From contig CAZQYV010000001.1 in assembly GCA_964597675.1 (NCBI GenBank), positions 81,644 to 145,643 on the forward strand: a DNA stretch of 64,000 bases, given 5' to 3'. The stretch is from an uncultured Candidatus Saccharibacteria bacterium (lineage in GTDB: Bacteria > Patescibacteriota > Minisyncoccia > Phycocordibacterales > DATDWN01). The notes under the pieces were generated by a model. It saw only the letters and a program-made list of their open reading frames with translations. It was not told where the DNA came from and made no database searches. Below are positions 1-10,245 of this stretch, in pieces. Numbering within the stretch: the first letter of the stretch is position 1; each line of letters opens with the position of its first letter. The position numbers were made by a program, and so were the translations under genes.

Positions 1-1
1 T

Positions 2-460
2 GTGTGGGTAGACGGACAAATACAAACGGCGCGAGTCACTTTGGCCGCAGGTCGTTTTCCAGACAATGCAACCAACCGACCGGATATCATTATAAATAAC
101 GATTTACTCTATTCGACATATGATGGGCAAGATGTTATTTCTCTTATCGCCCAAGGGGATATAACCACAGGGCTAAACAGTGATAATAATTTACGTATAG
201 ATGCAGCTCTAGTTGCACAAAATGGCCGTGCTGGGCGTTTTTATTACAGTTCTTCATGTGGGTCAAATTATGTACGTGATTCATTAACTCTCTACGGTAT
301 GATAGCAAGTAATATCCGATATGGATTCGCATACACCGACGGTACAGGGTATGACACTAGAAATATTATATATGATGCCAATTTATTGTATGGTCCACCT
401 CCTAGTTTTCCATTGACTTCGGATCAGTATCAGACTATTTCATGGCAAGAAGTAAGATAA
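2..460 (+). CDS. C-terminal part of a probable PilX-like/pilus-associated protein (5' truncated by window edge)
   Basis: Open frame from window start, ending YDANLLYGPPPSFP...SWQEVR; resembles C-termini of CPR PilX-like proteins as I recall them. Confidence 0.5.
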   Translation: MWVDGQIQTARVTLAAGRFPDNATNRPDIIINNDLLYSTYDGQDVISLIAQGDITTGLNSDNNLRIDAALVAQNGRAGRFYYSSSCGSNYVRDSLTLYGMIASNIRYGFAYTDGTGYDTRNIIYDANLLYGPPPSFPLTSDQYQTISWQEVR

Positions 461-492
461 ACCCCCATATTTGTGGCAATCTCATCGTCTAA

Positions 493-618
493 ATAAACCC
501 CCCATATTTGACGAACTTCTTTGTTAGATTTCAAAAAATAACGTTCACTTGCACAGGGAGGCAAGCTCACGTTATTTTTCTCATCTGCCTCGAATTTCAT
601 TCAAATATGAGGGTTTAT
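493..618. repeat. Long imperfect intergenic palindrome
   Basis: Nested arms ATAAACCC/GGGTTTAT, CATATTTGA/TCAAATATG, AAAAATAACGT/ACGTTATTTTT, CTTGC/GCAAG; left arm also directly repeated at about 457-473. Confidence 0.75.
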
Positions 619-689
619 ATTATGTCCTAAAGACATTTTCTAAGGACTCACTTGCTTAGAGGAGGAGTTTTTTCATTTATGCTACAATA

Positions 690-1454
690 ATGGTTATGAA
701 AAAGATTAAAAAATTGGTGGTTGGAAACTGGAAAATGAACCCTCTGTCTTTAGGTGAGGCAAAAGTGATTGCCACCACGGTAAAGAGGGGTTTGAGAAAT
801 ATAAAAAAGACACAGGTTGTCTTGTGTCCTCCATACGTATATTTGTCCGGATTGTCACATATGCCGACAACCACACTCTTTTTAGGAGCCCAAAATGCAT
901 TTCACGAACCATCGGGGTCATATACTGGTGAGATTAGTTTTAGCCAATTACATCAATTTAAAACGAGTTTTGTTATTATTGGTCATTCGGAACGTAGGGC
1001 AGTGGGTGAGACAGATGAAGTGATCAACAAAAAGGTTCGCAGTGTTATTGATGAAGGCATGACTGCAATTCTCTGTGTCGGTGAAAAAATACATGATGTC
1101 CATGGTGATTATTTGGCTCTAGTCAGACAACAAATTATTACAGGTCTTCGTGATGTATCAAAAAAAATGCTTGACCATGTTGTCATTGCATATGAACCAG
1201 TTTGGGCTATAGGTGCAAAAGATGCTATGGCCCCAGCAGATGTCCACGAGATGTCTATTTATATTAAAAAAGTGCTAAAGGATATATTTGGAGTGTTGGC
1301 TGATTCGATTCGAGTTATATATGGGGGAGCCGTAACGGAATTTAATGCCAAGGATATTATTGCGGATGGTTTTCTTCATGGTTTTTTGGTTGGACGCGAT
1401 AGTTTAAAATCAAAGAGTTTTTTAGAAATTATAAAAGTTGTTGAAGGAAAATAA
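690..1454 (+). CDS. tpiA: Triosephosphate isomerase
   Basis: GNWKMN, IIGHSERR and AYEPVWAIG motifs. Confidence 0.97.
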   Translation: MVMKKIKKLVVGNWKMNPLSLGEAKVIATTVKRGLRNIKKTQVVLCPPYVYLSGLSHMPTTTLFLGAQNAFHEPSGSYTGEISFSQLHQFKTSFVIIGHSERRAVGETDEVINKKVRSVIDEGMTAILCVGEKIHDVHGDYLALVRQQIITGLRDVSKKMLDHVVIAYEPVWAIGAKDAMAPADVHEMSIYIKKVLKDIFGVLADSIRVIYGGAVTEFNAKDIIADGFLHGFLVGRDSLKSKSFLEIIKVVEGK

Positions 1455-1458
1455 TATT

Positions 1459-2601
1459 ATGATGCATTATATTGATGAAGTGGGGGACATGAGTGGACAG
1501 AAGGTCTTGTTGAGACTTGATCTCAATACGCCAGTTGCTGATGGAAAGGTACTAGACCCTTTCAGATTAGAAAAAGCTATTGAGACAATCGACTTTCTTC
1601 GTTCAAAAAACGCGCAGGTTATTGTTGTTGCACACTGCGAAAATTCCATTTCACAGGAAAATAATGCGGAGCCATCACTTCTCCCAATGTGGCAGTATCT
1701 GAATGGTTATTTTCCGATAGATTTTTCACCAACATATTTTACTCCAGAGGCAATCGAAAAATTGCTTGAGATGAAAGATGGGGGAGTTCTGATGTTTGAA
1801 AATATTAGAATTAATGAAGGAGAAAAAACAAATGATTCTAATTTTGTAAAACAACTTGCAGCAATGGCAGATATATATGTCAACGATGCATTTTCAGTTT
1901 GTCACAGAAAGCATGCTTCGATCATTGGTGTGCCAGCAGTACTTCCGCATTATGGCGGGCTATTAATGAAAAAGGAAATTGAACATATTTCGGAAGCATT
2001 TAATCCAGAGAGACCATTTGTTTTTATATTAGGGGGGGCAAAATTTGATACAAAATTACCACTGATTACAAAATATCTAGATCGGGCTGACTATGTCTTT
2101 GTTGGTGGAGCACTTGCAAATAACTTTTTTAGAGCACAGGGGTACGAAATTGGGCGATCGCTTTGTGCCGATGGCAATTTCGGAGAAAAAGAAATGCTAC
2201 AGAATTCTAAATTATTACTACCAGTTGATGTTACTGTTCAAGCGCCGGATGGTTCGGTATCTTTTAAAAAGCCAGACGAAGTAATTGAAGGGGATCTTAT
2301 TGTGGACTCCGGCCCAGAAACTATCGCTCAACTGGAAGCTTCTATACGCAATGCACGCATGGTTGTGTGGAATGGACCACTTGGTAATTATGAGATTGGT
2401 TTTGCTGACAAAACTGAAATGTTAGCCGAGGCGATTGCAGAGAGTGGGGTCAGGAGTGTTGTTGGTGGTGGGGATACATTAGCATCAATACAGAAACTGG
2501 GCATCGAAGAAAAGTTTTCTTTTATATCAACTGGTGGTGGCGCGATGTTAGACTTTTTGGTCAACGAGACATTACCAGGAATAGAAGTGTTGACAAGATA
2601 A
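1459..2601 (+). CDS. pgk: Phosphoglycerate kinase
   Basis: RLDLNTP, NDAFSVCHRKHAS, GGAK, WNGPLG, GGGDT and STGGGA motifs; start taken at ATG 1459. Confidence 0.96.
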   Translation: MMHYIDEVGDMSGQKVLLRLDLNTPVADGKVLDPFRLEKAIETIDFLRSKNAQVIVVAHCENSISQENNAEPSLLPMWQYLNGYFPIDFSPTYFTPEAIEKLLEMKDGGVLMFENIRINEGEKTNDSNFVKQLAAMADIYVNDAFSVCHRKHASIIGVPAVLPHYGGLLMKKEIEHISEAFNPERPFVFILGGAKFDTKLPLITKYLDRADYVFVGGALANNFFRAQGYEIGRSLCADGNFGEKEMLQNSKLLLPVDVTVQAPDGSVSFKKPDEVIEGDLIVDSGPETIAQLEASIRNARMVVWNGPLGNYEIGFADKTEMLAEAIAESGVRSVVGGGDTLASIQKLGIEEKFSFISTGGGAMLDFLVNETLPGIEVLTR

Positions 2602-2639
2602 AAATTTGCATTAATCTAAATGATAGAGGTATTAGTGAA

Positions 2640-2996
2640 GTGAGAATAAAACGATCTGATATACTATTTGCTTGTTCCGGTTTTTTGCTTGTTGGGTACA
2701 TAACCTATCTAAGTATGGTCATTGATTCCCGTGAAGTAAACAAAAAACGTTGGGATACTTCACCTTGTGGCAATCTGCTTGTATCTGGCAAATTTATGTT
2801 TGGTTATTACATGGATCAGCCACGAGATTTAAATAAGATGTTTGATGATGGTCGTCGGGTGTGGAAAATGAAAAACATCATATTTCCAAATAGAACAGAG
2901 TTGTCACCAAAGGTTGAGTGGGAGATGGTCATGGATAGATCCCCTGAATCATGTGCGGGATGGAAGGCGGACACAGGTATCGAATTCCCTCAATAA
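2640..2996 (+). CDS. Hypothetical protein with N-terminal membrane anchor
   Basis: 118-aa ORF with hydrophobic N-terminus, followed by a hairpin and T-tract. Confidence 0.6.
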   Translation: MRIKRSDILFACSGFLLVGYITYLSMVIDSREVNKKRWDTSPCGNLLVSGKFMFGYYMDQPRDLNKMFDDGRRVWKMKNIIFPNRTELSPKVEWEMVMDRSPESCAGWKADTGIEFPQ

Positions 2997-3040
2997 AATT
3001 TTGTCATTACGCCTGCGGAGCAATCCGTCGGCGTTTCTTT

Positions 3041-3439
3041 TTATAGAAATTTTTTTATTTTTTCTGCGTTTTCGGCAAAGTTCATTTTGTCTCCTGAAAC
3101 GTTTGAATTTGGATAAACCCAGATATGTGCATGCTCGATTTCATCGCCAACAATTTTTGAAAGGATCCAATCGGTATTGAATGCCTTCTGTTGTGCATGT
3201 GCAATTTTTTGTACTACAGAAAAATATTCACCAATGTTTGGTGACACCTGCCTGCCATCGTCTTGCTCATTCATAGCGGGTAGGTCCCACACCCATCGGT
3301 GATGTTGTTTAGGTATTACTTGTGTGTGACCAGGGGACTGCGGGTGAATATCAAGAAAAGCAAAAAAGTTATTGTCCTCGTACACTTTGTACGATGGTAT
3401 ATCTCCGCTAATAATTTTACAAAATATGCAATTTTCCAT
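3041..3439 (-). CDS. HIT family nucleotide-binding protein
   Basis: CIFCKII start, AFLDIHPQSPGHT, HAHIW (variant histidine triad). Confidence 0.92.
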   Translation of the reverse strand: MENCIFCKIISGDIPSYKVYEDNNFFAFLDIHPQSPGHTQVIPKQHHRWVWDLPAMNEQDDGRQVSPNIGEYFSVVQKIAHAQQKAFNTDWILSKIVGDEIEHAHIWVYPNSNVSGDKMNFAENAEKIKKFL

Positions 3440-3490
3440 GACTATATATTAGCATATATTTTTGATACAATATTTGGTAGGAGTTTTACT

Positions 3491-3700
3491 ATGGAAAAGG
3501 AAATTGAGAGTGTAGAAGAGGCCAACGAATTTGTGAAGGAGGCTGGGTATCCGATATATGTTTCCTCACTGTTTACACTTGGTCAGAGAGGAAATGCTAT
3601 CATTCGTGATAAAAAAGAACTTACGGAGCTTGTCAGGTCAGCACTGGATCTCTCACCAGTGCGCCAAGTTATTTTGAGAACTAAACCAACTGGTCAGTAA
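3491..3700 (+). CDS. Small protein resembling the ATP-grasp B (lid) segment of carbamoyl-phosphate synthase large subunit
   Basis: AGGAG RBS, ATG 3491; SVEEANEFVKEAGYPIYV..FTLG..G..IRDKKEL..LV..ALDLSP..QVIL parallels CarB; own terminator at about 3710-3735. Confidence 0.55.
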   Translation: MEKEIESVEEANEFVKEAGYPIYVSSLFTLGQRGNAIIRDKKELTELVRSALDLSPVRQVILRTKPTGQ

Positions 3701-3752
3701 AAGATATCTATGCCCCCTTCGGGGGGCTTTATTTTATGCTACACTATACCCA

Positions 3753-5486
3753 ATGAAAAAATATATTCTGCGAGAAGATATTTCAGATGAAGTTAAAAAA
3801 ATATTTTCTTCATACCCGCCACTTGTGCAAAAGTTATTGTATGCTCGAGGTATTGATGACATACAAACTGCTGAAACATTTTTACATCCAAATTATGATA
3901 CCAATGTGCACGATCCACTGTTACTCAAGGATATGAGTAAAGCAGTTAATCGTATTGTTTCTGCAATAGAAGGAAACGAGGTGATCGTGATTTATAGTGA
4001 TTATGATGCCGACGGTATTCCTGGTGCAGTTGTACTCTCTGATTTTTTTAAAAAAATTGGATATGCAAATGTAATTACGTACATCCCCTTGAGAAATGAA
4101 GAAGGATTTGGGTTAAATCGTGAAGCAATTGATACTCTTGTTTCACAAGGAGCAACCCTATTAATAACCATAGATTGCGGCATTTCTGACGTTACTGAAG
4201 TGGAGCACGCGCTGTTACACGGCATGGATGTGATCATTACAGACCACCATCTTCCTGGAAAAGTTGTACCAAATGCCTACGCGATTATAAATCCAAAACA
4301 GATTGGATGTCAGTATCCAGAAAAGATGTTATGCGGGGCTGGAGTTATTTTCAAAGTTGTGCAGGCACTTGTACAACATGAAAAAATTTCATTTCCACAT
4401 GGTCAAGAAAAATGGTTACTTGATATGGTTGGCATAGCAACACTTTCAGACATGGTTCCACTTCGTGGGGAGAATCGAGTCTTTGCTCACTACGGAATCA
4501 AGGTGCTTCAAAAAAGTCCGCGTATTGGACTGACAAAATTATTTTCATTATTAAAAATTGATAAACGATATGTAACAGAAGATGATATCGCATTCATGAT
4601 TACACCGCGTATTAATGCCGCTTCACGAATGGGTATTCCGCGTGATGCATTTCAATTACTTTCAACGACGGATGAAGTGGAGGCCGGTGCGCTAGCAGAA
4701 CACTTGAATAATAAAAATGATGAACGAAAAGGTGTGGTGGGAAGTATGGTTCGTGAGATTAAAAAAAAGATTCACGAAAGAGACGAAGAAATGAAACATG
4801 TTTTAGTATTGGGAAATCCAGAATGGAAACCATCACTTCTTGGACTGGTCGCAAATAGTTTTTCTGATGAACATAACCGCCCTGTATTTTTATGGGGAAG
4901 AGAAGGAGTAAATGGTGAATCAATTATTAAAGGATCGTGTAGGTCTGGTAATGGTGTGTCTGTTGTTCTTTTGATGGAAAAAATAAAAGATGTATTTTTG
5001 GAATATGGTGGACACCATGGAGCCGGCGGTTTCTCTGTTTCTCACGAAAATATTCACACACTCGAACAAAAATTAAATGAAGCGTATATCGAATTACAAA
5101 AAGAAAAAATAAGCGAACCAGAAAATTTTGTTGATGCTCAATTACAACTAAGTGATGTTAACTGGAATACATACGACATGATACATACGTTTGCACCATT
5201 TGGTTTTGAAAATCCAAAGCCAATTTTTTTGTTTTCCAATGTTACTGTTTCAGCTGTGAAACTGTTTGGAAAAGAAAAAAATCATTTGGAAATTAAATTA
5301 CAAGATTCATCAATATCTAATTCAGAAAAAAATAAAGAGGTGACTGCTATTGCTTTTTTCTCTGATCCAACAAAATTTGAAGTGAAGATTGAGGCAGGAA
5401 GCGTGGTTAATTTGGTTGCAACATTAGAGAAATCAAATTTTCGAAATTTTCCAGAACTTCGTCTTCGTGTTGTTGATATATTTTAG
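3753..5486 (+). CDS. recJ: ssDNA-specific exonuclease RecJ
   Basis: DYDADG, ITIDCG, ITDHH, PRINAASR, GGH..AGG motifs. Confidence 0.96.
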   Translation: MKKYILREDISDEVKKIFSSYPPLVQKLLYARGIDDIQTAETFLHPNYDTNVHDPLLLKDMSKAVNRIVSAIEGNEVIVIYSDYDADGIPGAVVLSDFFKKIGYANVITYIPLRNEEGFGLNREAIDTLVSQGATLLITIDCGISDVTEVEHALLHGMDVIITDHHLPGKVVPNAYAIINPKQIGCQYPEKMLCGAGVIFKVVQALVQHEKISFPHGQEKWLLDMVGIATLSDMVPLRGENRVFAHYGIKVLQKSPRIGLTKLFSLLKIDKRYVTEDDIAFMITPRINAASRMGIPRDAFQLLSTTDEVEAGALAEHLNNKNDERKGVVGSMVREIKKKIHERDEEMKHVLVLGNPEWKPSLLGLVANSFSDEHNRPVFLWGREGVNGESIIKGSCRSGNGVSVVLLMEKIKDVFLEYGGHHGAGGFSVSHENIHTLEQKLNEAYIELQKEKISEPENFVDAQLQLSDVNWNTYDMIHTFAPFGFENPKPIFLFSNVTVSAVKLFGKEKNHLEIKLQDSSISNSEKNKEVTAIAFFSDPTKFEVKIEAGSVVNLVATLEKSNFRNFPELRLRVVDIF

Positions 5487-5527
5487 TAAACTTTCATTTT
5501 TTCATTTTTTCAATTATTCTATAAGGT

Positions 5528-6205
5528 ATGATAACTATTTTTACAGATGGAGCAGCACGAGGAAATCCTGGTCCGGGAGGGTGGGGTGCGATTGTGGTTG
5601 GTGAGGATCTTGTTGTTGAAATGGGAGGAAGAGAAGACCACACAACCAATAACCGAATGGAGCTTACTGCTGTAATCAGGGCGCTTGAGGCCTACCCGCG
5701 TGAGTATGAAGCACAGATTTATACTGATTCTGCATATGTACTTTCTGGTAGTACTAGATGGGTACAAGGTTGGCAACATAATGATTGGAAAACATCCACG
5801 AAAGACGATGTATTAAATAGAGATTTATGGGAACAAATGGTAGAAGTTATGAAAGGGAAACGTCTAAATTGGCGATTAATCAAAGGTCACTCAGGTATTG
5901 CTCCAAATGAGAGATGCGATGTTATTGCTACATCATACGCTGATAAGGTACCAATCGTGTTATATCAAGGTTCAAAGGAACGATACGGAGTTAATACACA
6001 AGTTACCAGTTCTCTTGGGGTGGATACAAAAACTAAATCTAAAAGTAAAGCATATTCATACGTTAGTTCTATCGATGGTGTTGTGAACATACATAAGACA
6101 TGGGAAGAATGTAAGGCTCGTGTAGTTGGTGTTTCTGGTGCCCGACACAAAAAATCAACATCGCCCGAGGATGAAGATCATATTATCGAGGAGTTTAAAA
6201 AATAG
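5528..6205 (+). CDS. rnhA: Ribonuclease HI with C-terminal viroplasmin-like hybrid-binding domain
   Basis: FTDGAARGNPGPGGWG, TTNNRMEL, TDSAYV, KGHSG..NERCD; C-terminal TWEECKARVVGVSGARHKK. Confidence 0.93.
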   Translation: MITIFTDGAARGNPGPGGWGAIVVGEDLVVEMGGREDHTTNNRMELTAVIRALEAYPREYEAQIYTDSAYVLSGSTRWVQGWQHNDWKTSTKDDVLNRDLWEQMVEVMKGKRLNWRLIKGHSGIAPNERCDVIATSYADKVPIVLYQGSKERYGVNTQVTSSLGVDTKTKSKSKAYSYVSSIDGVVNIHKTWEECKARVVGVSGARHKKSTSPEDEDHIIEEFKK

Positions 6206-6210
6206 AAATT

Positions 6211-7701
6211 ATGACTGTATTATTGGGGATATATGGTTTTCTATCTGGAATACTGCTGGGGTCTTTAGGAATTTTTGGATGGCGGTCAATTATTGTAATA
6301 TTATTTTCTATATTTGTTGTCCTGATATATAAAAATTTTTATAAAAATAAGCACAAACAAGTGCTTATTTTTATTTGTATATTTTTGTGCATGTTGGCAA
6401 TTGGTGTCCTACGCATTCATTTTTCTGATGCACATCGTTCATCACAGTTACAGGAATTTGTAGAAACTCCCGCTGTCTTTACGGGTATCATTGTTGCAGA
6501 GCCAGACATACGAGAAAAGAACACAAAACTGACTGTCAGGGTGGCGACAGTTTCTCTCGTCCAACAAAACAGTTCAACAACAAAACATATTTCGGAAAAG
6601 ATAATTATTTCAACAAACCTGTATCCTGAGTTTTCATATGGCGACAAAATATCTTTTAAAACAAAATTGTCAGTACCAAAAAATATAGAATCGGATAGTG
6701 GGCGAGTTTTTGATTATGCTGGGTATTTGCGAGCACGAGGTGTGTGGTATACAGCCAGTTTTGTATATCCACAATTGTTGTCACATGGACATGGTAGTCT
6801 GATAAAGACGTTTCTTTTCCGTATCAAAAAAACCTTTACTAGGGCAATAGAAAATGCTTTACCTGAGCCAGAATCATCTTTACTTAGTGGTTTGTTGCTT
6901 GGCGCAAAACAATCTCTTGGCAAAGATTTGCTCGAGCAGTTTTCACGGACAGGAGTATCGCATATTGTTGTTCTGTCTGGATATAACATTGCCATTGTCG
7001 CTGAAAGTATCATGGCTGTATTGGTATTTTTGCCAGTACCTATTTCATTTGCGGTTGGATGTGTAAGTATTATTATGTTTACAATTTTGGCTGGTGGGGG
7101 AGCATCTGCAGTACGGGCGGCGATTATGGTTTTGGTTGCATTGTTTGCAAAGCGATTTAATCGTGACTATAAAGCAGGCAGAGCTTTTGGATTTGCAGTT
7201 GTATTGATGCTTGCACCAAATCCACTATTGCTTGTGTTTGATCCGTCATTTCAATTGTCCGTATTGGCGACGATTGGAATAATATTTGTTTCTCCTGTTT
7301 TAACTAGTTACTTTCTATGGGTGACAGAAAAATGGGGTATGAGAGAAATTGTTGCTAGTACGATTGCCACACAATTGACCGTCTTGCCATTTCTTGTGTA
7401 TAACACCGGTGTTTTGTCTCTTGTCTCACTTCCAGTTAATGTATTGATCCTCGGCACAATCCCTACAACAATGTTTCTGGGATTTTTGACGGGTCTAAGT
7501 GGGGTCATATCTCTGTGGTTATCATTTATTCCCGCATTACCGACATATATGCTTTTGTGGTACCAACTTTCTATTGTACGGGTCGCTTATTCAATTCCTT
7601 TTGGATCACTATCCTTGCCTGCATTTCCATTTTGGGTGGTTTGTTGTGTCTATTTTACTATTGCATATTGGCTCTATCATGTACAAAAGAAAACTACATA
7701 G
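6211..7701 (+). CDS. comEC: ComEC/Rec2 competence membrane protein (no MBL domain)
   Basis: TGVSHIVVLSGYNI, SAVRAAIM, SFQLSVLAT; many transmembrane segments. Confidence 0.92.
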   Translation: MTVLLGIYGFLSGILLGSLGIFGWRSIIVILFSIFVVLIYKNFYKNKHKQVLIFICIFLCMLAIGVLRIHFSDAHRSSQLQEFVETPAVFTGIIVAEPDIREKNTKLTVRVATVSLVQQNSSTTKHISEKIIISTNLYPEFSYGDKISFKTKLSVPKNIESDSGRVFDYAGYLRARGVWYTASFVYPQLLSHGHGSLIKTFLFRIKKTFTRAIENALPEPESSLLSGLLLGAKQSLGKDLLEQFSRTGVSHIVVLSGYNIAIVAESIMAVLVFLPVPISFAVGCVSIIMFTILAGGGASAVRAAIMVLVALFAKRFNRDYKAGRAFGFAVVLMLAPNPLLLVFDPSFQLSVLATIGIIFVSPVLTSYFLWVTEKWGMREIVASTIATQLTVLPFLVYNTGVLSLVSLPVNVLILGTIPTTMFLGFLTGLSGVISLWLSFIPALPTYMLLWYQLSIVRVAYSIPFGSLSLPAFPFWVVCCVYFTIAYWLYHVQKKTT

Positions 7702-7734
7702 GGGTACCCTATGTAGTTATCAATATAGCAAAAG

Positions 7735-7998
7735 TTACGATTCTTTATATGCCCTCTTACTTTCTGCGAATATCTCTTGTATTCTCTCTTTCGGTATTCT
7801 AGTTGACATAGTGAGAGATTCACTGAGTATTTTTTCTGAAACGGGCATTGTCCCTACCAATTCTGATAAGATACACCCGATGACCGCCAACGTTTGTTCC
7901 AGTTTTTCAGCTCTTTCACCCACCATATTATCCATTGTGCTTTTGATCGGCTCAAGTTCACTGTTGCACATATGTGCCTCCGGGGAATACAGTAGCAC
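7735..7998 (-). CDS. Hypothetical protein (start uncertain)
   Basis: 87-aa ORF directly downstream of the ybjQ-like gene on the same strand. Confidence 0.45.
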   Translation of the reverse strand: MLLYSPEAHMCNSELEPIKSTMDNMVGERAEKLEQTLAVIGCILSELVGTMPVSEKILSESLTMSTRIPKERIQEIFAESKRAYKES

Positions 7999-8003
7999 AG
8001 TTG

Positions 8004-8369
8004 CTATTTTTTCTCTACTACGACCGCAGTTCCATATGCCAGAACTTCTGTTACTCCTTGCATTATTTCGGTGGCATCATATCGGGCACCAACCACTGCA
8101 TTTGCGCCCATCTCTTTGGCATGTTGGAGCATGAGATCAAAAGCATCAGATCTTGTTTCTTCACATAGGTCTGTAAAGAGACTTATATTTCCACCGATTA
8201 ATGTTTGTAGTCCTGCTCCAATTGACCCAATGACCGATCGTGATCGAACAATAATACCTTTTGCAACACCTTTGTTTTCGACAATGGTATGCCCTGGTAG
8301 TTCCAGCCCAGTTGTAACCATATTATGACTGACACGGTTTGTTTGTTCCATAGTATTTGTTTTATCCAT
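8004..8369 (-). CDS. YbjQ/UPF0145 family protein
   Basis: [38 protein letters not shown]. Confidence 0.92.
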   Translation of the reverse strand: MDKTNTMEQTNRVSHNMVTTGLELPGHTIVENKGVAKGIIVRSRSVIGSIGAGLQTLIGGNISLFTDLCEETRSDAFDLMLQHAKEMGANAVVGARYDATEIMQGVTEVLAYGTAVVVEKK

Positions 8370-8449
8370 TAAAATTATTTTATGCTTTACTCCAATTTAT
8401 ATTTGTAAAAAAACCTCTTATCCTTCGTTTCATTCAGGATCTAGCAGTT

Positions 8450-9043
8450 CTATTTACTGGCTTCCATAAAATTAAGTTCTGTTTTCTTCCAGTTCAAGTT
8501 GGTAAAGTAGTCTTCGACATATTGTTTCTTTCCACTTGGTTGATAGTCAGCTACGAACGAATGTTCCCACATATCCAAAGCAATGATCGGAGTGCAGTTT
8601 TGTAACTGACCCAGATGTTGTTCATCAATCCATGCGTTTAGTAGTTGCCCGTCCATATTATCCCAATATAATATTGCCCAGCCAATACCACGAGTCATAG
8701 ATATTGATTTGAATCGTGTTAGCCACGCATCAAATGATCCAAAATCCTTTTCAATCTGTGAGTATAGTTTACTGTCAGTTTTTGGGGCAGTCGCCTCGTC
8801 TGCGAGGGAGTCAAAATAGATTTCGTGGTTTCTCATACCATTGTATTCAAATCCGAAACGTCTCTGTACTTCACCCAATGCGTAAGCGTTTTTTTCGCTG
8901 TCACCAATCATTTCCTTTATTTTTTGCAAGATAAGGTTACTGTGTTTAACATAACCAGCATATAACTTTAGGTGTTCCTCAATAGTTTTTAGAGAAATTC
9001 CAACTAATGGGCCGATATTAAATTTTTTTTCTTGGAATTGCAT
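8450..9043 (-). CDS. Fe/Mn superoxide dismutase family protein
   Basis: HLKLYAGYV, NHEIYF, LDMWEHSF. Confidence 0.9.
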   Translation of the reverse strand: MQFQEKKFNIGPLVGISLKTIEEHLKLYAGYVKHSNLILQKIKEMIGDSEKNAYALGEVQRRFGFEYNGMRNHEIYFDSLADEATAPKTDSKLYSQIEKDFGSFDAWLTRFKSISMTRGIGWAILYWDNMDGQLLNAWIDEQHLGQLQNCTPIIALDMWEHSFVADYQPSGKKQYVEDYFTNLNWKKTELNFMEASK

Positions 9044-9114
9044 ATATATAGTAAGTAAATTATATAAAATGATAACTTTCCAGATCGTATATATTCTGGC
9101 CGGTATATTATACT

Positions 9115-9990
9115 ATGTATATCATGAAAGCCCTACAGTTCATCAGGCATCACTTTAGGTGGATTCTTCTCCTAATTCTTATGTCTTTTTCTGCGACACT
9201 TTGGTATGTTGCTATTCGTGAAAACAGAGATGGGATTTTGACTATATCTTTTCTCAATATTGGCCAAGGTGACGCCATTTTTATTGAGTCTCCGACTGGG
9301 ATGCAAGTTGTTATTGATGGTGGTCCAAACAAGGCAATTATGAAAGAGATTACTTCTATTATGCCGTGGTACGACCGTCATATAGATATGATTATGGTTA
9401 CAAACCCTGACAAGGATCATTACGAGGGTTTTATTCCTCTTTTTGGCAGATATACAATCGGTGTTGAGATTGAACCTGGGACAGTATCACAGACAGAAAT
9501 GTTTCGCACATTAAAAAATATTATACAGACCAAGAAAGTTGCTAGTATAGTCGCACGTCGAGGCCAGATTATTGATATTGGTGGGGGAGCATATATACAG
9601 ATTTTATTTCCAGATCGTGATGTATCGGGACTTTCGACTAACAACGGTTCGATTGTTGCAAAATTGGTATACGGTGAGACGAGTGTCTTGTTGACTGGGG
9701 ACTCGCCAGTTGCCATAGAGGAATATCTAATTTCACAGGACAAAACAATACTCGACAGTGATATATTAAAGGTTGGGCATCATGGGTCACGTACATCCAC
9801 AAGTGATGCTTATGTTCAAGCAATCTCTCCGGCATATGCAGTGATTTCTGCTGGAAAAGATAATTCATACGGACACCCACACAAAGAGGTTTTGGATATT
9901 TTGGCAAAAGAAAAGGTGCCGGTTCTCGGCACCTATGATCTGGGGAGGATTACTTTTGTTTCTGATGGGAAACGTCTTGTTAGAAAGTAA
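9115..9990 (+). CDS. ComEC-type metallo-beta-lactamase fold protein
   Basis: IGQGDA, IDGG, NPDKDH, LLTGD, KVGHHGS, YGHPH; N-terminal TM. Confidence 0.9.
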   Translation: MYIMKALQFIRHHFRWILLLILMSFSATLWYVAIRENRDGILTISFLNIGQGDAIFIESPTGMQVVIDGGPNKAIMKEITSIMPWYDRHIDMIMVTNPDKDHYEGFIPLFGRYTIGVEIEPGTVSQTEMFRTLKNIIQTKKVASIVARRGQIIDIGGGAYIQILFPDRDVSGLSTNNGSIVAKLVYGETSVLLTGDSPVAIEEYLISQDKTILDSDILKVGHHGSRTSTSDAYVQAISPAYAVISAGKDNSYGHPHKEVLDILAKEKVPVLGTYDLGRITFVSDGKRLVRK

Positions 9991-9993
9991 TAT

Positions 9994-10188
9994 CTAGATT
10001 TTAACTGGTTCCTGTGTGTTTTTACCTCGGCACAAATCATCAATTTGTTTTTTAATGCGTGATGCATCATTGTTTGCACCGATATTTTCGGCACGTTCGA
10101 GTCGGCTTCGAAGTAACCAGAGATGTTTTTCCAACTCCCTTTCTTCCTGACACGAATCACACTCACATCTTATAGGATGTTTTTCCAT
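9994..10188 (-). CDS. Small hypothetical protein with CxCxxC
   Basis: MEKHPIRCECDSC...; ATG at 10188. Confidence 0.45.
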   Translation of the reverse strand: MEKHPIRCECDSCQEERELEKHLWLLRSRLERAENIGANNDASRIKKQIDDLCRGKNTQEPVKI

Positions 10189-10224
10189 AAAAAAGATACG
10201 CTCCAATTGGAGCGTATCTTTTTT
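10189..10224. terminator. Perfect palindrome, likely rpmB terminator
   Basis: AAAAAAGATACGCTCCAATTGGAGCGTATCTTTTTT. Confidence 0.75.
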
Positions 10225-10245
10225 GACTCTGTTAGTCAATATGGA

